NCBI RefSeq assembly: GCF_009914755.1
Contig: NC_060925.1
Source of the DNA: the human T2T-CHM13v2.0 reference genome, Homo sapiens
DNA: 64,000 nt
Direction: 5' to 3' (one strand)
This document shows positions 1-26,650 of the stretch, piece after piece. Position numbers and translations under genes: made by a program. Each line of letters opens with the position of its first letter. Position 1 is the stretch's first letter. The notes under the pieces are model-generated. The model had not been told where the DNA came from. It did no database searches and saw only the letters and a list, made by a program, of their open reading frames with translations.

Positions 1-755
1 AAAAGGCAAGATGCCGGGGGGAGGGGAGGAGGCCAGGAGCCTTGCGGCACATCACAGAGCAGAGGCGGTGCCCACGGCAGGGTGCGGCTAATTCCTCAGG
101 GCGGCTAACGCCCTTGACAGCTGTTCCTCCTGGCTTCACACGGAGCTCTCGCCCGGCAGAGGCACCCTTGGGCAACTGGCTGAGCTGGTCTAGGACCTCC
201 AGGCCATTCTCCTTGGCGCTCTGCACAATGGGTCTGTCCACCTGCTCCTGAGGCATGGTCAGTGTGGTGGCCGAGCTCATGGAATCCTCCATCACTAATG
301 TGTGCATGGCCAGGTTTTGCACTTGCTACTCAAACCTGTCCATCGCTGCAGAGGCCTTCTGCAGGTCCGTGGTGTTCAGGCCTTGTCTGGGGCTTTGGTC
401 ACCTACACCATGTTCTTGGTTACCACCTTCATGGTCACAGCTGTCTGCACCTCGGGGGCCACTGTGTCCAGGCGGATGCCATGTAGAGCCAGTTCACGCT
501 GCTGTTCTCCTTGCAGATGGTGTTCTTGGTGTACACACGGGTGCACTCTACATTTTTCTGCTGAAGGGACTTCTTCACTTTGGCCTGGTTGGCGTAGGAG
601 TGCTTTTCTGCCTTCTTGTCTGGTTTCTCCAGCTGCTTCACCATAAATTTCAACTGGAACAGGGTATTGTCCCCTGGCCAGTCTGACAGAAGCACCCCTT
701 GGAAAGGCAGAAGGGACATGAACTCCGGGAGGCATCAGGTGCCAGTGGCTCTTGC
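1..755 (-). pseudogene. CHMP1AP1: Processed pseudogene of CHMP1A (ESCRT-III); coding relic 88..675, 3'UTR runs off the left edge
   Basis: Minus-strand translation [16 protein letters not shown]...[15 protein letters not shown]..., then [15 protein letters not shown]..., ending [11 protein letters not shown] (stop at 88-90), colinear and intronless versus CHMP1A. Start codon lost, frameshift near 470, internal stops. Symbol from recall of the locus. Confidence 0.93.
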
Positions 756-1593
756 CTTATTTCTTAATAACCATTTAAAAATGTTTGCCTTCGTGGGAGA
801 AATCCTTTGATTCTCCCCTCTCCCATTACCTATTCTCTTGTTAGTTGCCTTAATGTTTTCATTACCATCCGTAAGACCCAGGAGGGGAAGCTGAGGTAGC
901 AAATTTGATAAGGCTTCTCTGACTATAGCTCAGTTTTGCAGTAGTAAGGTTACATGAGGTGCCCATGCAAAAGAGGCTGCCTGAACCACAGCATTTATCA
1001 TGACCCGGGTAATAGGCATTGTCGTGCAGGACTCCTGTTGACTCCAATAGGGATGGCACTGTGTCCTAGAGGCCGGAACCAGTGAATGAGACTTAGGGTT
1101 TACTGAGGGGAACTTACACACAGGGATGGTCCAGTGGTGGTGGGCTGGACAGGAGCATGCATTTATGAAACAGGGCATGCGTTTTATGAAACGCATGCAG
1201 TTGATACAGCATTTTCACTTAGCACCTTCCACCTAGCAACCTCTACCCAGCAACCTCCAGTTAATCCACAAAAAGGGACTCCATCCCCTGTATGGCCTGT
1301 GTTCCAAGGAATGAGCCAGGGGCTCAGATGTCCTTCATAGATAAGGAGTGAAACTCTGGGTTGGCCACTCCCGGATTCCTTAGCTCAGGACTCCGAACAC
1401 ACATTCTTCTTAGACCCTAGGATCATTCTCAGGGTACGCTTCAGTTAAGTTATGGCTGTCAGCTGCATCTGCCATATACAGGCATCCTTAGCGGGTGAAT
1501 GCCTGGTCATTGTAAAGCCAGCTCCACATGGCTTGCATATGAAACCGATCAACTGCTTCATCTGGGGTGTTCCATTTGACATTTATAGGGAAT

Positions 1594-2460
1594 GTAGGGG
1601 CCAAGGGAAAAACTTCTCCTTTGCCCTCTCAAGGATCACTGTACATTCAACCCACAAAATGCAGATTAATAGAGAAATGTCATACAAATTTATTAATGTG
1701 TACATGAGGGAAAAATCACAGAGTGCTTACCCAACATCCCAATGAGGCCCAAATACTTCTATAGCTTTATTTCAGAGGGGATGGGGGAGATAGGGAATAT
1801 AGGTAATTCTGTTGAGGGACAATAAATGATTACTAGGGAGAATGAATGGGTGGGGGCGGAGGAATAGAGATTAATTTATAAACGGGCTGGGCATAGTGGC
1901 TCACACCTGTAATTTTGACACTTTGGGAAGTCAAAGCAGGAGGACTGCTTGAGGCTAGGAGTTCAAGACCAGCCTGGGCAACACAGTGAGACCCTATCTG
2001 TACAAAAACTTTTAAAATTTGCTGGGCTTGGTGGTGCATACCCGTAGTCAGGAGGCTCCCCTTAAATCCGGGAGTTTGAGGTTACAGTGAGCTATGAATG
2101 CACCACTGCACTCCAGCCTGCGCAACAGAGAGACACCCTGTCTCAAAAACAACAACCACCACGACAACAACAAACTTGTAAATGGTTCTCTTGGAAGTAA
2201 ATAAGCCTGAAAGAGATATTATCTTGTGAATGGGTCTGTTTAAGAATGTGCTTACATTCTCGGTCTTCTTTTCTGTAATAGATAATGAAATAACAGGGAG
2301 CGGAAGGAAAAACAATTGTTCTTGGAGAGTCCATCCAGTCTTTATATAGATAGTGGGAGAAGTCTCTTCTAGTGGCTGTGGATCTCGAAAGGCCTTTAAT
2401 TAAAAATTTAAAATACTCATTATACCAAAGGGAGCCATATTTTTGGGTGAAGTTCTTTGA
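1594..2460. mobile_element. ERV1/MER4-group LTR-like fragment interrupted by an AluJ-like element (about 1885-2170, +)
   Basis: TGTAGGGG...AAAAACTTC(T)CCTTTGCCCTC...GCAGATTAATAG...AAATTTATT is typical of MER4-group LTRs; subfamily not resolved. Confidence 0.5.
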
Positions 2461-3434
2461 GCTCCTTCAGGAGAGTCTCCCTTCTCAGGGTAAACAAATT
2501 TTACAGTGGCTTTTATCCAATCTACTGGGCTGGCTGTTCCCTCAGGAATAACCTCCTGTTTGTGTGTGGGTCATGTATAGCTACCTGCAATTGTTCTGTA
2601 GTGTGCTGTGGATCCTGCATCAACCTCAACATGCTCTTCCATTCTGCAGCACTTGAAATCTAGTTACTCTTGCAATCCATCTTAGTAATGATTCCTCAGG
2701 AAGCTGAAGATAGTAATCTACAAAATGGAATAATTCCTTCACATCGTACCCTCTAGTCTATAGTGACTTGGTTTTGCCCTTCCCCTACATTGACTGTCCT
2801 CTTGGTAACCCAGTTCTCAGTTATTTTCTGTTTCCCTGCGTAAGTTTTCCCTTGGGGATCAGTTTGGAGGCTAGTGGCTGAAGCTCAGACTCACTGAAAT
2901 CTGAACTTGGTTTAGCACCAAGGTCTGACACAGCACTCTCTTTCAATTTCATTTTAGCTATTATAGTTAACAGTAAACAAGAATGTTTTTCTTTTTGCTT
3001 ATTAGTTTGCATTTCCTTATGCATCCAGTGAATCAACTCTCCAGGAGTTGGTTCTGTCTCTAAATTCCATTCATAACTTTTATCTTCAGTAACTGAGCAC
3101 AGCACAGCTGCGGCTCTAAACCATGGGTGACCACATGGCTACTCAGGGATCAAAAGTTCCTCACCCAGCACTCTTTCATCCTTTCTCTTCCCAAACCACA
3201 ACTTTCCATCAGCCCAGGCCATTCTAGCAAATCTCACTTCCGTGACACCAACTCTGCCAGGGTGGGGGGAAACAACACTCAGTGTGCCTGTTCTATTATC
3301 TCACTTAACAACAACAATCAACACAGAAGACTTTTGTGACCAAATTTGTATGTGAGGATTTCCCCACACACCAAGCAGCAGTCACCAGTTGAGTGTCCTC
3401 TGATTCAATTCAGACACTACCTACTCTGAGATAG

Positions 3435-4057
3435 TGTTATCAGAAAGGGGTCCCGATCCAGACCCTGAGAGGGTTCTTGTTGGATCTTATGCAAGAAAGA
3501 ATTTGGGGCAAGTCCACAGAGTAAAGTGAAAGCAAGTTTGTTAAGAAGAAACAAAAGAATGGCTACTCCCTGAGGGCCACTGGGTGGCTATTTTTATGGT
3601 TATTTCTTGATGATATGCTAAACAAGGGGTGAGGTATTCATTCGTTTTCTGGGAAAGGGGTGGGGATTTCCCAGAACTAAGGGTTCCTCTTCCTTTTAGA
3701 CCATAGAGGGTAACTTCCAGATGCTGACAAGGCATTTGTAAACTGTTATGGCACTGGTGGGAGTGTCTTTTAGCATGCTAATGCATTATAATTAACATAT
3801 AATGAACAGTGAGGACAACCAGAGGTCACTTTCGTTGCCATCTTGGTTTCGGCAGGTTTTGGCCAGCTTCTTTACTGCATCCTGTTTTACCAGTGGGATC
3901 ATTGGGGTCTTTGTGACCCGTATCTTGTATTGACCTCCTCTCTCATCCTGTGACTAAGAATGCCAAACCTCGTGGGAAAGCAGCCCAGCAGGTCCCACCC
4001 TTATTTCATCTAGCCCCTGTTCAAGATGGAATTGCTCTTCTTGGAACACCTCTGACA
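3435..4057 (-). mobile_element. MER41 (MER41B-like) 3' LTR, essentially full length
   Basis: Reverse complement begins TGTCAGAGG(T)GTT... and ends ...GGATCGGGACCCCTTTC(TGA)TAACA, as in the MER41 consensus. The polypurine tract (plus-strand ttcccccctcccttt, 4061-4076) abuts it, marking it as the 3' LTR. Confidence 0.9.
3647..3676. promoter_or_regulatory. Tandem GAS (STAT1) sites in the MER41 3' LTR
   Basis: TTCTGGGAA 3647-3655 and TTCCCAGAA 3668-3676, both TTC-N3-GAA, 21 bp start-to-start. IRF-like AAAGTGAAAG at 3523-3532. Confidence 0.85.
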
Positions 4058-9336
<5,279 letters not shown>

Positions 9337-9871
9337 ATAGCATCAGATATCACAGGTTTAGGGCTCATTCCTCAAGCTCCCTGAGCCAGGCACAAGTCCA
9401 GCCTCCAGAACTTCTAATGGACTGGCTTCCAGTTTGGGTCTCCATGATCCCCTCTTTGGGTTCAATTAACTTGCTGGAGCAGCTCACAGAACTCAGAAAA
9501 ACACTTACTTATGTTTATCAATTTTTTATAAAGGATATTACAAAAGATACAGATGAAATGAGGATGAGAAATGAGGGAAGGGGTACAGAGCTCCTAGGCC
9601 CTTCCTGGGCACACACCTTCCATGAACCTCCATGTGTTCAGCTATCCAGAAGCTCTCCAAACCCTGTTTTTTTAGGTTTATTTGTTTGTTTGTTTTGTTT
9701 TTGAGACTGGGTCTTGCTCTGTCACCCAGGATGGAGTACAGTGGCATGATCTTGGCTCACTACAGCCTTTACCTCCCAGGCTAAAGTGATTCTCCCACCT
9801 CAGCCTTTCAAGTAGCTGGGACTATAGATACATCACACTCAGCTAATTTATTTTATTTTATTTTTTTGTAG

Positions 9872-10003
<132 letters not shown>

Positions 10004-10371
10004 TGAAGGCCTCATGATGTAGGCATGATTGATTAAACCATTGGCCACTGGTGATCAACTTAACCTTCAGCCCCTCTGCCCTCCCCATTGGGTAGGGGGG
10101 TGATGCTGAAAGTCTCAACTCTGTAATCCTGCCTAGGTATTTCTGGTCACCAGCCTCCATCCTGAAGCTACCTAGCAGCTGCTAGCCACCAGTCAATTAT
10201 TAGCATATAAAAAGACATCACTCTGGAAATTCCAAGGATTTGGGGAGTTGTATGCCAGGAAACAGGAATGAAGACTAAAAACATATTTCACAATATAACA
10301 ACAGCCCTCTGTTGCTCTGGACACAACTCACCATTGACAGCCTTCCAATAGAGAGCTGGAGAAGTATTTAT

Positions 10372-10678
10372 GGCTGGGCGCGGTGGCTCATGCCTATAAT
10401 CCCAGCACTTTGGGAGGCTGAGGCGGGCGGATCACGAGGTCAGGAGATGGAGACCATCCTGGCTAACACGGTGAAACACCGTCTCTACTAAAAATACTAA
10501 AAAATTAGCTGGGCGTGGTGGCAGGCACCTGTAGTTCCAGCTACTCAGGAGGCTGAGGCAGGAGAATGGCATGAACCTGGGAGGCAGAGCTTGCAGTGAG
10601 CCAAGATCATGCTACTGCACTCCAGCCTGGGTTACAGAGCGAGACTCCATCTCAAAAAAAAAAAAAAAAAAAAAAAAA
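10372..10678 (+). mobile_element. AluY-like SINE
   Basis: Diagnostic GACCATCCTGGCTAACACGG, GAATGGCATGAAC, GAGCTTGCAG; long poly(A) tail. Confidence 0.85.
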
Positions 10679-10695
10679 CTCTCTCTATATATATA

Positions 10696-11043
10696 CCGTC
10701 ATGTGTCACAGAGCAACAGGAATATGTCCTAAGAAATGTGTCATTAGGTGATTTTGTCATTGTGCGAACATCAGAGATTGTACTTACACAAACCTAGATG
10801 GTAGAGCCTACTACACACCTAGGCTATATGGTATGGCCTATTGCTCATAGAGTACAAACCTGTACAGCATGTAACTGTACTGAATACTGTAGGCAGTTGT
10901 AACACAATGTTAAGTATTTGTGTATCTAAACATATCTAAACATATAAAAGGTACAGTAAAAATACGGTATTATAATCTTATGGGACCACTGCCATATATG
11001 CAGTCTGTCATTGACTGAAACATCATTATGTGGCATATTACTG
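10696..11043 (-). mobile_element. Tigger3a (MER7A) non-autonomous DNA transposon
   Basis: About 348 bp; ACACAAACCTAGATGGTAGAGCCTACTACACACCTAGGCTATATGG... matches consensus; degenerate CAGTCATG terminal repeats flanked by TA. Confidence 0.85.
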
Positions 11044-11095
11044 TATATATACACATATACATATGTATACACACACACACACACATAAATATACG
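11044..11095. repeat. (TA)n/(CA)n microsatellite
   Basis: tatatatacacatatacatatgtatacacacacacacacacac... Confidence 0.8.
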
Positions 11096-11129
11096 CATTC
11101 TATTGGCACTGTCTTTGGAGAACACTGAC

Positions 11130-14000
<2,871 letters not shown>

Positions 14001-14344
14001 ATCAGAACCTTTATATCCTTAGTTGGGTCAGACACAAGTGTTTAAGTTGCTGTGGTCTCATTATAGCAGGTTTAATCAAGTTCATGCTAAACACTAGCAC
14101 TTGTCTCCCCATGAGGCTGAGGCAGCCAATAATATCTGGAGATGAGACAACGATGTTGGCTGCTGGGACCTTCCATTGGGAGACATCTAAGCTGAGTCTG
14201 GCACAGTCAGAGTAAGTAAGGACTTTGGCATTTACTTAGAAGCTATTGGAGGTATTTGAGCAGAGAAGTAACACATCTATCTGCCCAGTGGAGCAAGGTT
14301 AGAAGTAGGGAGATCAGTTAGGAGTCAATTGCAATAAACCAGGT

Positions 14345-14955
14345 GTATTAGGGTTCTATCAGCGAAGCAGAACCATTAGAAGTTATATAGAATAAGGGAT
14401 TTATTATAGGGATTTGATCTGATGCAGTTGTGGATGCTGGTTAAACAGTTTACACACAGCTGTTTCTTATGGATCTGGTATTGGACTAGAAGTCATCAGG
14501 GCAGGTAACTGGAAAGGAAAAATGGACATGAAAAGGGGGAGGACAAGGTCAAAATGGAACCCATGAAAACAAACTAGATCTCCTATTGGTTTCTCCCTAC
14601 CCCTAAGCCTCCAAGTTTGATGATGACCTACAGGAGAAGCTGATGACCTTCATCAACATATATCTAGCCCAGGAGTTTGGGAAGCTGAAGGTAGAAGTCC
14701 AGGGGGAGATGGAGTGGCTTTGCGCCCAGCTGCTGCCTCACACCAACAAGGGGAGCCAGCAGATTAATGAAACCACACGTAAACTGCAGTAGCATCTGAC
14801 TCTATGTTGGCTTTCCAATTGCAAGCATGGCTACATCTGAACGTCTTCTTTCTAAATTGTGTCCACATCTTCTTCTGGTGGCAAATTCTCACCCAAAACT
14901 ACACAGGAAAGGGATTTCTAAGAAACATAGTTCCATCTTAGCTAAATTGACTACC
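14345..14955. mobile_element. MLT2-family (ERVL) LTR
   Basis: TGTATTAGGGTTCT...GAAGCAGAACCA...GGGATTTATTATAGGGATT start motif. Confidence 0.55.
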
Positions 14956-15029
14956 AAGCCCACTGTGCCAGGTGAGAAATTAAGATGGCTTGGACCAGAG
15001 TATCAGCAACAGGGGTGTGAGAAGTGTTT

Positions 15030-16097
<1,068 letters not shown>

Positions 16098-16101
16098 AAC
16101 A

Positions 16102-16119
16102 TGGTGTCAGAAGTGGGAT
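16102..16119 (+). other. Retroviral primer-binding site complementary to tRNA-Leu 3' end; MER4-group internal sequence follows to about 19.4 kb
   Basis: TGGTGTCAGAAGTGGGAT, starting 5 nt after the LTR terminal CA. Confidence 0.75.
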
Positions 16120-17263
16120 CTGAAGCATAATCATTTTCAGAATAAACTGGTGATTCTTGGAACCAGGGTGCAGTACTCCCTTGAGGCCTTTCAGCTCTCT
16201 ACTTCCACGGCTCTCCTTTTTCTGCCCTGGTGAGTCTTCTCTCAAGCCAAGCCTCCCTCTTTTTGGCAGATGCTCTTTAACTTTGTTTGGGATGTGATTT
16301 GAGTAACATCACCTTAATAAAGAGTGTTGCATCCCTTCTGGGATGATAAAAGACTCTTTGTCTTTTCTGATGAGCTCTTTCCAATGTAAAGACATTTTGT
16401 CTTTCTGGTGAGTATACTCTCTTACAGAGTTTATGTTCTGTCTGTGAGGACCTCGTATATTTTCTGGTTAATTCACCTGTAGTTCTGGAAGCCTGGTTTG
16501 ATATTTTGTTTGGTCTGCATACCTGGCTTAAACCTTTTGTGAACATTCTTATTTTGGTTTCATTTTGGTTTGGTTATGCACATCTGTAAACAATTTGGCT
16601 CTTTTACTGGCCTCCCCCTAAGCCCTGCTTATTTCTAAACATCTTTCAAGAGCAAAAACAAATATTCTAAATATGGGCATAGGATGGCCAATTAAAACCA
16701 CTGGAGCAGTCACCATCATCTAAAACACCAGTCCAAACCCCTGACATTTCTCTGAAAGGGCTTATGGAATTGTCTTTGCTCTTAAGAAATTAATAAGTAA
16801 TTTAGGTGTAATTAAAAAAATTAATCAATTAAGGTAAATGTAAATAGGATAAATGTTTACAAATAAACTTTCATGTAATTTGACATCTTAAAGTTATGAT
16901 ATATTAAATTAAGCAGTAGATATTGATAAAGTATCTGGATCATTTCCAAATAAGATAAAATGCTACACATTAATTGCTAAACATAGATTCAAGTATATTT
17001 ACTTTTGGCTTCCTAAATTTTACAAAAAGCGAAAAGATATTTGTAGTTGTTAATAAATACATCCTGCTCCACATTAAAAAATTATGTTATAAAAAATTTC
17101 TAAAAAATTATGTATTCATAAAATGTTAAGATACAATTCAAAATTTGCTTACTTTCTAGGTTTTCACTAAAAATAAAGGTTTACAAGAGTTTAAAATTCT
17201 AATTAATGTATATAATTCTGTATACACAGGTACCAAACAAGTAAAATGTGTTCTTGAAAGTCA

Positions 17264-17631
<368 letters not shown>

Positions 17632-18035
17632 TCAAAAAATCATTTTGATCACTTGGTGAAACGCTGTCTCTACTAAAAATACAAAAAAATTAGCTGGGTG
17701 TGGTGGTGGGTGCCTGTAATCCCAGCTACTCGGGAGGCTGAGGCAGGAGAATTGCTCAGGAGGTGGAAGTTACAGCCAGCCAAGGTCGCGCCACTGCACT
17801 CCAGCCTGGGCGGCAGAGCGAGACTCTGTCTCAAAAATAAATAAATAAATAAATAATTTTGTCCAAACACAAGATTATTTAAGGTTGTTTCAAAAAGTAA
17901 ATAAATTTTTTTAAAAATGGCCAGGCGTGGTGGCTCACGCCTGTAATCCCAGCACTTTGGGAGGCTGAGGCAGGCAGATCACCTTAGGTCAGGAGTTCGA
18001 GACCAACTCAAGGTCAGGAGTTCAAAACCAGCCTA

Positions 18036-18588
<553 letters not shown>

Positions 18589-20282
18589 ACAGCAAAAGGT
18601 GAAATTCCAAGAGATGTACCTGAGAAGCTTCAAGAGGAAAACTCTACCTTGAGAAATGAAATAATCATTCTAAATGAAGAAGACTCTATTTCTAACTGGA
18701 AACTAGGAAAATTAAATGGAATCTGTAAAAAAAAAAAAAGCTGTAGTTTGGAAGATGGTTGAAAATTTACAGAAACAGATTTTAGAATTAAAAGTCAAAA
18801 CCTTTTGCAATTTTACTGAAAGCAGATGAATACTTCAAGAAAAACTTATTGTTCATCATATGGGAACAAAATTTTAGTTTTGTATAATTATATTTTTAAT
18901 ATTAAAGCTTATTCATTTTTTAATGTTTTAATTTTAAATTTAAATTTTTTTTGGAAACAGGGTCTCACACTGTTGCCCAGGCTAGAGTGCAGTGGCAATA
19001 TTGTAGCTCACTGCATCCTTAAATTCTGGACTCAAGTGATCCTCCCTCCTCACCCTCCCAAGTGGCTGGGACTACAGGCACATGCCATCATGCCTCCGTA
19101 ATTTTTTTTATTTTTTGTAGAGACCTGGTCTCACTATGTTGCCCAGGCTAGTCTCAAACTCCCAGGCTCAAGCAATTCTCCTGCCTCAGCCTCCTAAAGT
19201 GCTAGGATTAGAGGGGTGAGCCGCTGGACCTGGCTTAAACCACAATCTTTAGAAAGACCTACAAATAATCCTCTTTTAAGTATATTCAACTTGATAATAC
19301 ATAAAATTTCTTTTATAAATTTATCCTTTATAAACCTTTTATGACTTAGTCTGACCTTCCACAACCTGCTCAGACCTTTTGTTTGTTTTATATTTTTTCT
19401 TTCTTAAATAACCAGTCATTTGACTTTAGGACAAAATTTACTTTTTAAAAAAATCATTTTGAATAATTCTTTTTTTCTCTCTTTTTTCTTTCCTTTTGTT
19501 CTACTGGAGTCTTCTCAGACACTTTTCTTTTTTTTAACCTTTCATAAGATAACTACATCTTTATTCTTTTTTTTTTTTTTTCTGAGACAGGATCCCACTC
19601 TGTCACCCAAGCTGGAGTGCGGTGGTGCATTTGCAGCTCACAGCAACCTCAAAATCCTGGGCTCAAACAGTCCTCCCACCTCAGCCTCCACAGTAGCTAG
19701 GACTACAGATGTGTGCCACAGTGCCTGGCTAATTTTTTAAAAATTATTTTTTGTAGAGATCAGGTTTACCATATTGCCCAGGCTATTCTCTTTTTTTTTT
19801 TTTTTTTTTTTTTGAGACAAGAGTCTTGCTCTTTTGCTCAGGCTGGAGTGCAGCGGCGTGATCTCAGCTCACTGCCAACTTCCGCCTCCCGAGTTTAAGC
19901 AATTCTTCTGCCTCAGCCTCCCGAGTAGCTGGGATTACAGGTGCCCGCCACCACGCCCGGCTAACCCAGGCTATTCTCAAACTCCTGGCCTCAAGTGATC
20001 CTCCTGCCTCAGCCTCCCACAGTGTTGGGGTCAGACATGAGCCACCGTGCCCAGCGATATCTTTTACATCTTTTTCTCCTACTTTCTGGTTTTTAAAAAT
20101 CTTACTGTTTTTGCTTTTGTTGTTGTTTGAGAAAAGGTCTTGCTCTGTCACCCAGGCTGGAGTCACTGCACAATCATAGGTCACTGCAACCTTGAATTCC
20201 TGGGTTCAAAGGATCTTTGCATCTCAGCCTCCTAAGTAGCTGGGAATACAGGCACACACCACCACACCTGGCTAATTTTTAA

Positions 20283-20639
<357 letters not shown>

Positions 20640-20772
20640 TAGATCTCCTATTGGTCTATGCCACCACACTTGGCTAATTTTTGTATTGTTTGTAGAGATG
20701 GCATTCTGCCATGTTACCCAGGCTGGTCTCGAACTCCTGAGCTCAAGTGATCCACCTGCCTCAGCCTCATAA

Positions 20773-20943
<171 letters not shown>

Positions 20944-21056
20944 TGAGTAGCTGGGACTACAGGTGTGCACCACCATGCCCAGCTAATTTTTGTATTTTTA
21001 GTAGAGATGGGGTTTCACCATGTTGGCCAGGTCACCATGATCTCCTGACCTCGTGA

Positions 21057-21362
<306 letters not shown>

Positions 21363-21435
21363 TAGTGATCCACCCGCCTCGGCCTCCCAAAGTGCTGGGA
21401 TTACAGGTGTGAGCCACCGTGCCCAGCCCTGGCCA

Positions 21436-22015
21436 GGTATTTCTTTATAGCAAGGCAATAATGGCCTAATACAGAAAATTGGTACCAAGGAGTCGGGTAT
21501 TGCAATAAAGGTACCTGAAAATGTGGAAGCAGCTTTGAAACTGGGTAATGCACAGAGGTTGGAAGACTTTGGAGAGGTCAGAAGAAGATAGGAAGATGAG
21601 GGAAACTTTGGAACTTCTCAGAAGCTGGTTAAATGATTGTGACCAAAATGTTGATAGTGATATGGACAGTGAGGTCCAGGCTGCTGAGGTCTCAGATGGA
21701 AATGAGAAATGTATTGGGAACTGGACCAAAGGTCACTCATGTTATGCCTTAGCAAAGAGGTTGGCTGGATTTAATTCATGCCCTAGGTATCTGTAGACGT
21801 TTGAACTTCATCGTGATGACTTAGGGTATCTGGTGGAAGAAATTCCTAAGCAGCAAAATATTAAAGATGTGGTCTGACTGCTTCAAATAGCCTATGTTCA
21901 GATGCAGGAGCAAAGGAATGACTTAAAGTTGGAACTTATATTTAAAGGGAAATGGAGCATAAGTGTTTGGAAAATTTGTAGCGTAGACATGTGGCAGAGA
22001 AAGGAAAAGGTTTTT
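21436..22015 (+). mobile_element. MST/THE1-type MaLR LTR end plus internal sequence
   Basis: TATTTCTTTATAGCAA...CTAATACA followed by GAAAATTGGTACC...GAAAATGTGGAAGCAGCTTTG.AACTGGGTAA. Confidence 0.8.
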
Positions 22016-22019
22016 CTTT

Positions 22020-23024
<1,005 letters not shown>

Positions 23025-23050
23025 TAGCCAGGGCAGTCTCGATCTCTTGA

Positions 23051-23417
<367 letters not shown>

Positions 23418-23429
23418 TGACAGTAACAA

Positions 23430-23651
23430 TCTAGTCATTAACAAACTAGAGCCTGTGGGTCAAATCAGGCTTCGCTGCCTGTTTTTGTAAATGAAGTTTT
23501 ACTGGAACACAGCCACACTTATTCACTTATGTGTTGTCCATGGCTACCTTTGTCCTACAATGGCTGAGTAGTTGTGACAAAGACCATAATGGCCCTCAAA
23601 GTCTAAAATATTTACTATCTGGCCCTTTACAGAAAAGTTTACTAGCCCCTG
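23430..23651 (+). mobile_element. MER58A hAT-Charlie MITE
   Basis: CTGCCTGTTTTTGTAAAT.AAGTTTTACTGGAACACAGCCAC...AAAATATTTACTATCTGGCCCTTTACAGAAAA...CCCCTG. Confidence 0.85.
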
Positions 23652-23665
23652 ATCTAAAGAATTTA

Positions 23666-23975
<310 letters not shown>

Positions 23976-24539
23976 TTAAACTAAAATGTAACTGTTTTAA
24001 AGTATATAAAATTTGAATATATTTTGATCAAAAAATAAATAAAAATAAATGTGAAAATTAAAACTTAAAATGTTTTATATATTTTTTAAATTTTTTTATT
24101 TTTTTATAGCAACAGGGTCTTTCTAAGTTGCCCAGGCTGTTTTCCAACTCCTGGCCTCAAGCAATCCTTCCACCTCAGCCTCCCAAAGTGCTGGGATTAT
24201 GGGAGAGAGCCACTTTGGCTGGCCTATATTTTAAAAATTACTCCAAAATATTTTACATAATTTATTAAAAATTAAAAAGCAGATAGATGTGGTGTCTTGC
24301 GCCTGTGGTTCCAGCTACTCTGGAGGGTGAAGCAAGAGGATCATTTGAGCCCAGGAGTTCCAGGTTGCAGTGAGCTATGATTGTGCCACTGTATTCCAGT
24401 CTAGGTGACAGAATGAGACACTGTCTCTAAAATAAATACATAAATAGGCCAGGTGTGGTGTCTCACACCTGTAATCCAGCACTTTGGGAGGCCGAGGCGG
24501 GTGGATCACAAGGTCAGGAGATCGAGACCATCCTGGCTA

Positions 24540-24797
<258 letters not shown>

Positions 24798-25537
24798 TCA
24801 ACACTTTGGGAAGCTGAGGCGGGTGAACTGTTTGAGCCTAGGGATTCGAGACCAGCCTGGGCAACGTGGCAAAACCCAGTATTTACAAAAAAATACAAAA
24901 ATTAGCTGGACTTGGTAGTACACGCCTGTAGTCCCATCTACTTAAGAAGCTGAGGTGGGAGGATCAATTGAGTCCAGGAGGTCGAGGCTGCAGTGAGCTG
25001 TGATCGTACCACTGCACTCCAGCCTAGAGACAGAGCGAGACTCAGTCTCAAAAAATAAAATAAAATACAAACACAAATTATAGGCATTAAAAAGTTTTAA
25101 ATCAATATTATTTAAAGCTGTTATTTTTTGAAAATTTAATCAAATCTTATTAATTAAAAAAAACCTTGCCATTTTAGTGTTCAAGAGCCATCTAAATGCC
25201 AATGGGAAGAATTTGTACCATGCTCTGCCCTTATTACATGTAGATCTATCCATACACAGATGAGAAAAGATTTGTTCCATTGGAAAACATTCCATGCTGC
25301 CATGTCTAACTGTTGTTGTGAATACCAAAGTAATCTGCAAACACCTCCAGTTTGGAAAAGTAATTGAAATTGAAAAAGAAGCAAGAAGATTGACACTGGG
25401 TACCTCTGGGAAATGATACTCCATTATGCAATAATTAATTGCATTCATGCTATCAGAAAGGATTTGGTGAATCAATTAATTTGTCTTCTCTCTTTTTTTT
25501 TTGAGATGGAGTTTCACTCTTGTTGCCCAGGCTGTAG

Positions 25538-25663
<126 letters not shown>

Positions 25664-26650
25664 TAGTAGAGACGGGGTTTCTCCATGTTGGTCAGGCTGG
25701 TCTCGAACTTCTGACCTCAGGTGATACACCTGCCTTGGCCTCCCAAAGTGCTGGGATTACAGGCATGAGCCACTGTGCCTGGCCTGTCTTTTCTCTTACC
25801 TAAGCGTTTCTACCTCTCTGCCCTTCCCAGACTCCAAAGCGGTGTCTGTCTCTGATGTTGGCAGTGATAACAACCTGTAAACCTTTATAGCAATCAACAC
25901 AGTCCATTTTTGTTTCTAGAACATAGGGCAAGACATTTTAGAAGCATTCCCCGGGGCCTGAATGGTGCAAGTCCTGGAGCAGATGTGTATGATAACGGGT
26001 TGTGCTAAATCAGCCCTGAGTTTCAGATCCCAGTGATAGAGGCACTCATGTGATCCTTATTTTTTGTGTGTTTGTGATATGCAGTGTCCTCTAAAACACA
26101 GGGCCTAGGTCTAAGGATAATAGCAGTAGTAAGGGCTCAGATACTGAGGGATATTTGAAACATTTTGTCTGCATCTCTTTGGTTTCTGAGTTTGGATAAC
26201 AGGAGTTCAACTAGAGAAAGATACCAGTATTTTGACAATGGAGCCAAAAGCATTTACTGACAGGCCAGATCTGGGATATGAGAGAAAAAGAGGAGTCAAA
26301 AATGACATCAAGCTTTTCTGCCTGAACAACTGGAAAAATGGAACTGTCATTCACTGAAAGAGGGAGGACAACAGAAGGAACTGGCCATTTTTAGACATAA
26401 TCAAGTTTGAGATGGCTATGGACCTCCAAATGGGGATGTCAAGTTCAGAGGCGAGGCCAGATTAAAGATAAATTTCAAAATCATCAGTGATAGAAAAGCC
26501 AAGAACTAGATGAGATCACCTAGGATCTCATCCTAGGAGATCACCTAGGAGTCAAAAGAGAGAAGAGGTCCAAGGACTTTGACTGTTCCTCCTAGCTGAA
26601 CCCCACATGACCTAGCTCAACCACGCAGACAGTGGAAGGAATGTGGGTAT

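Noticed and set aside
42-810. Plus-strand ORFs up to 143 aa
   Set aside because: Antisense shadows of the GC-rich CHMP1A pseudogene.
25140-25475. 111-aa minus-strand ORF
   Set aside because: No recognisable homology, no supporting splice or promoter context; likely chance or a decayed repeat.
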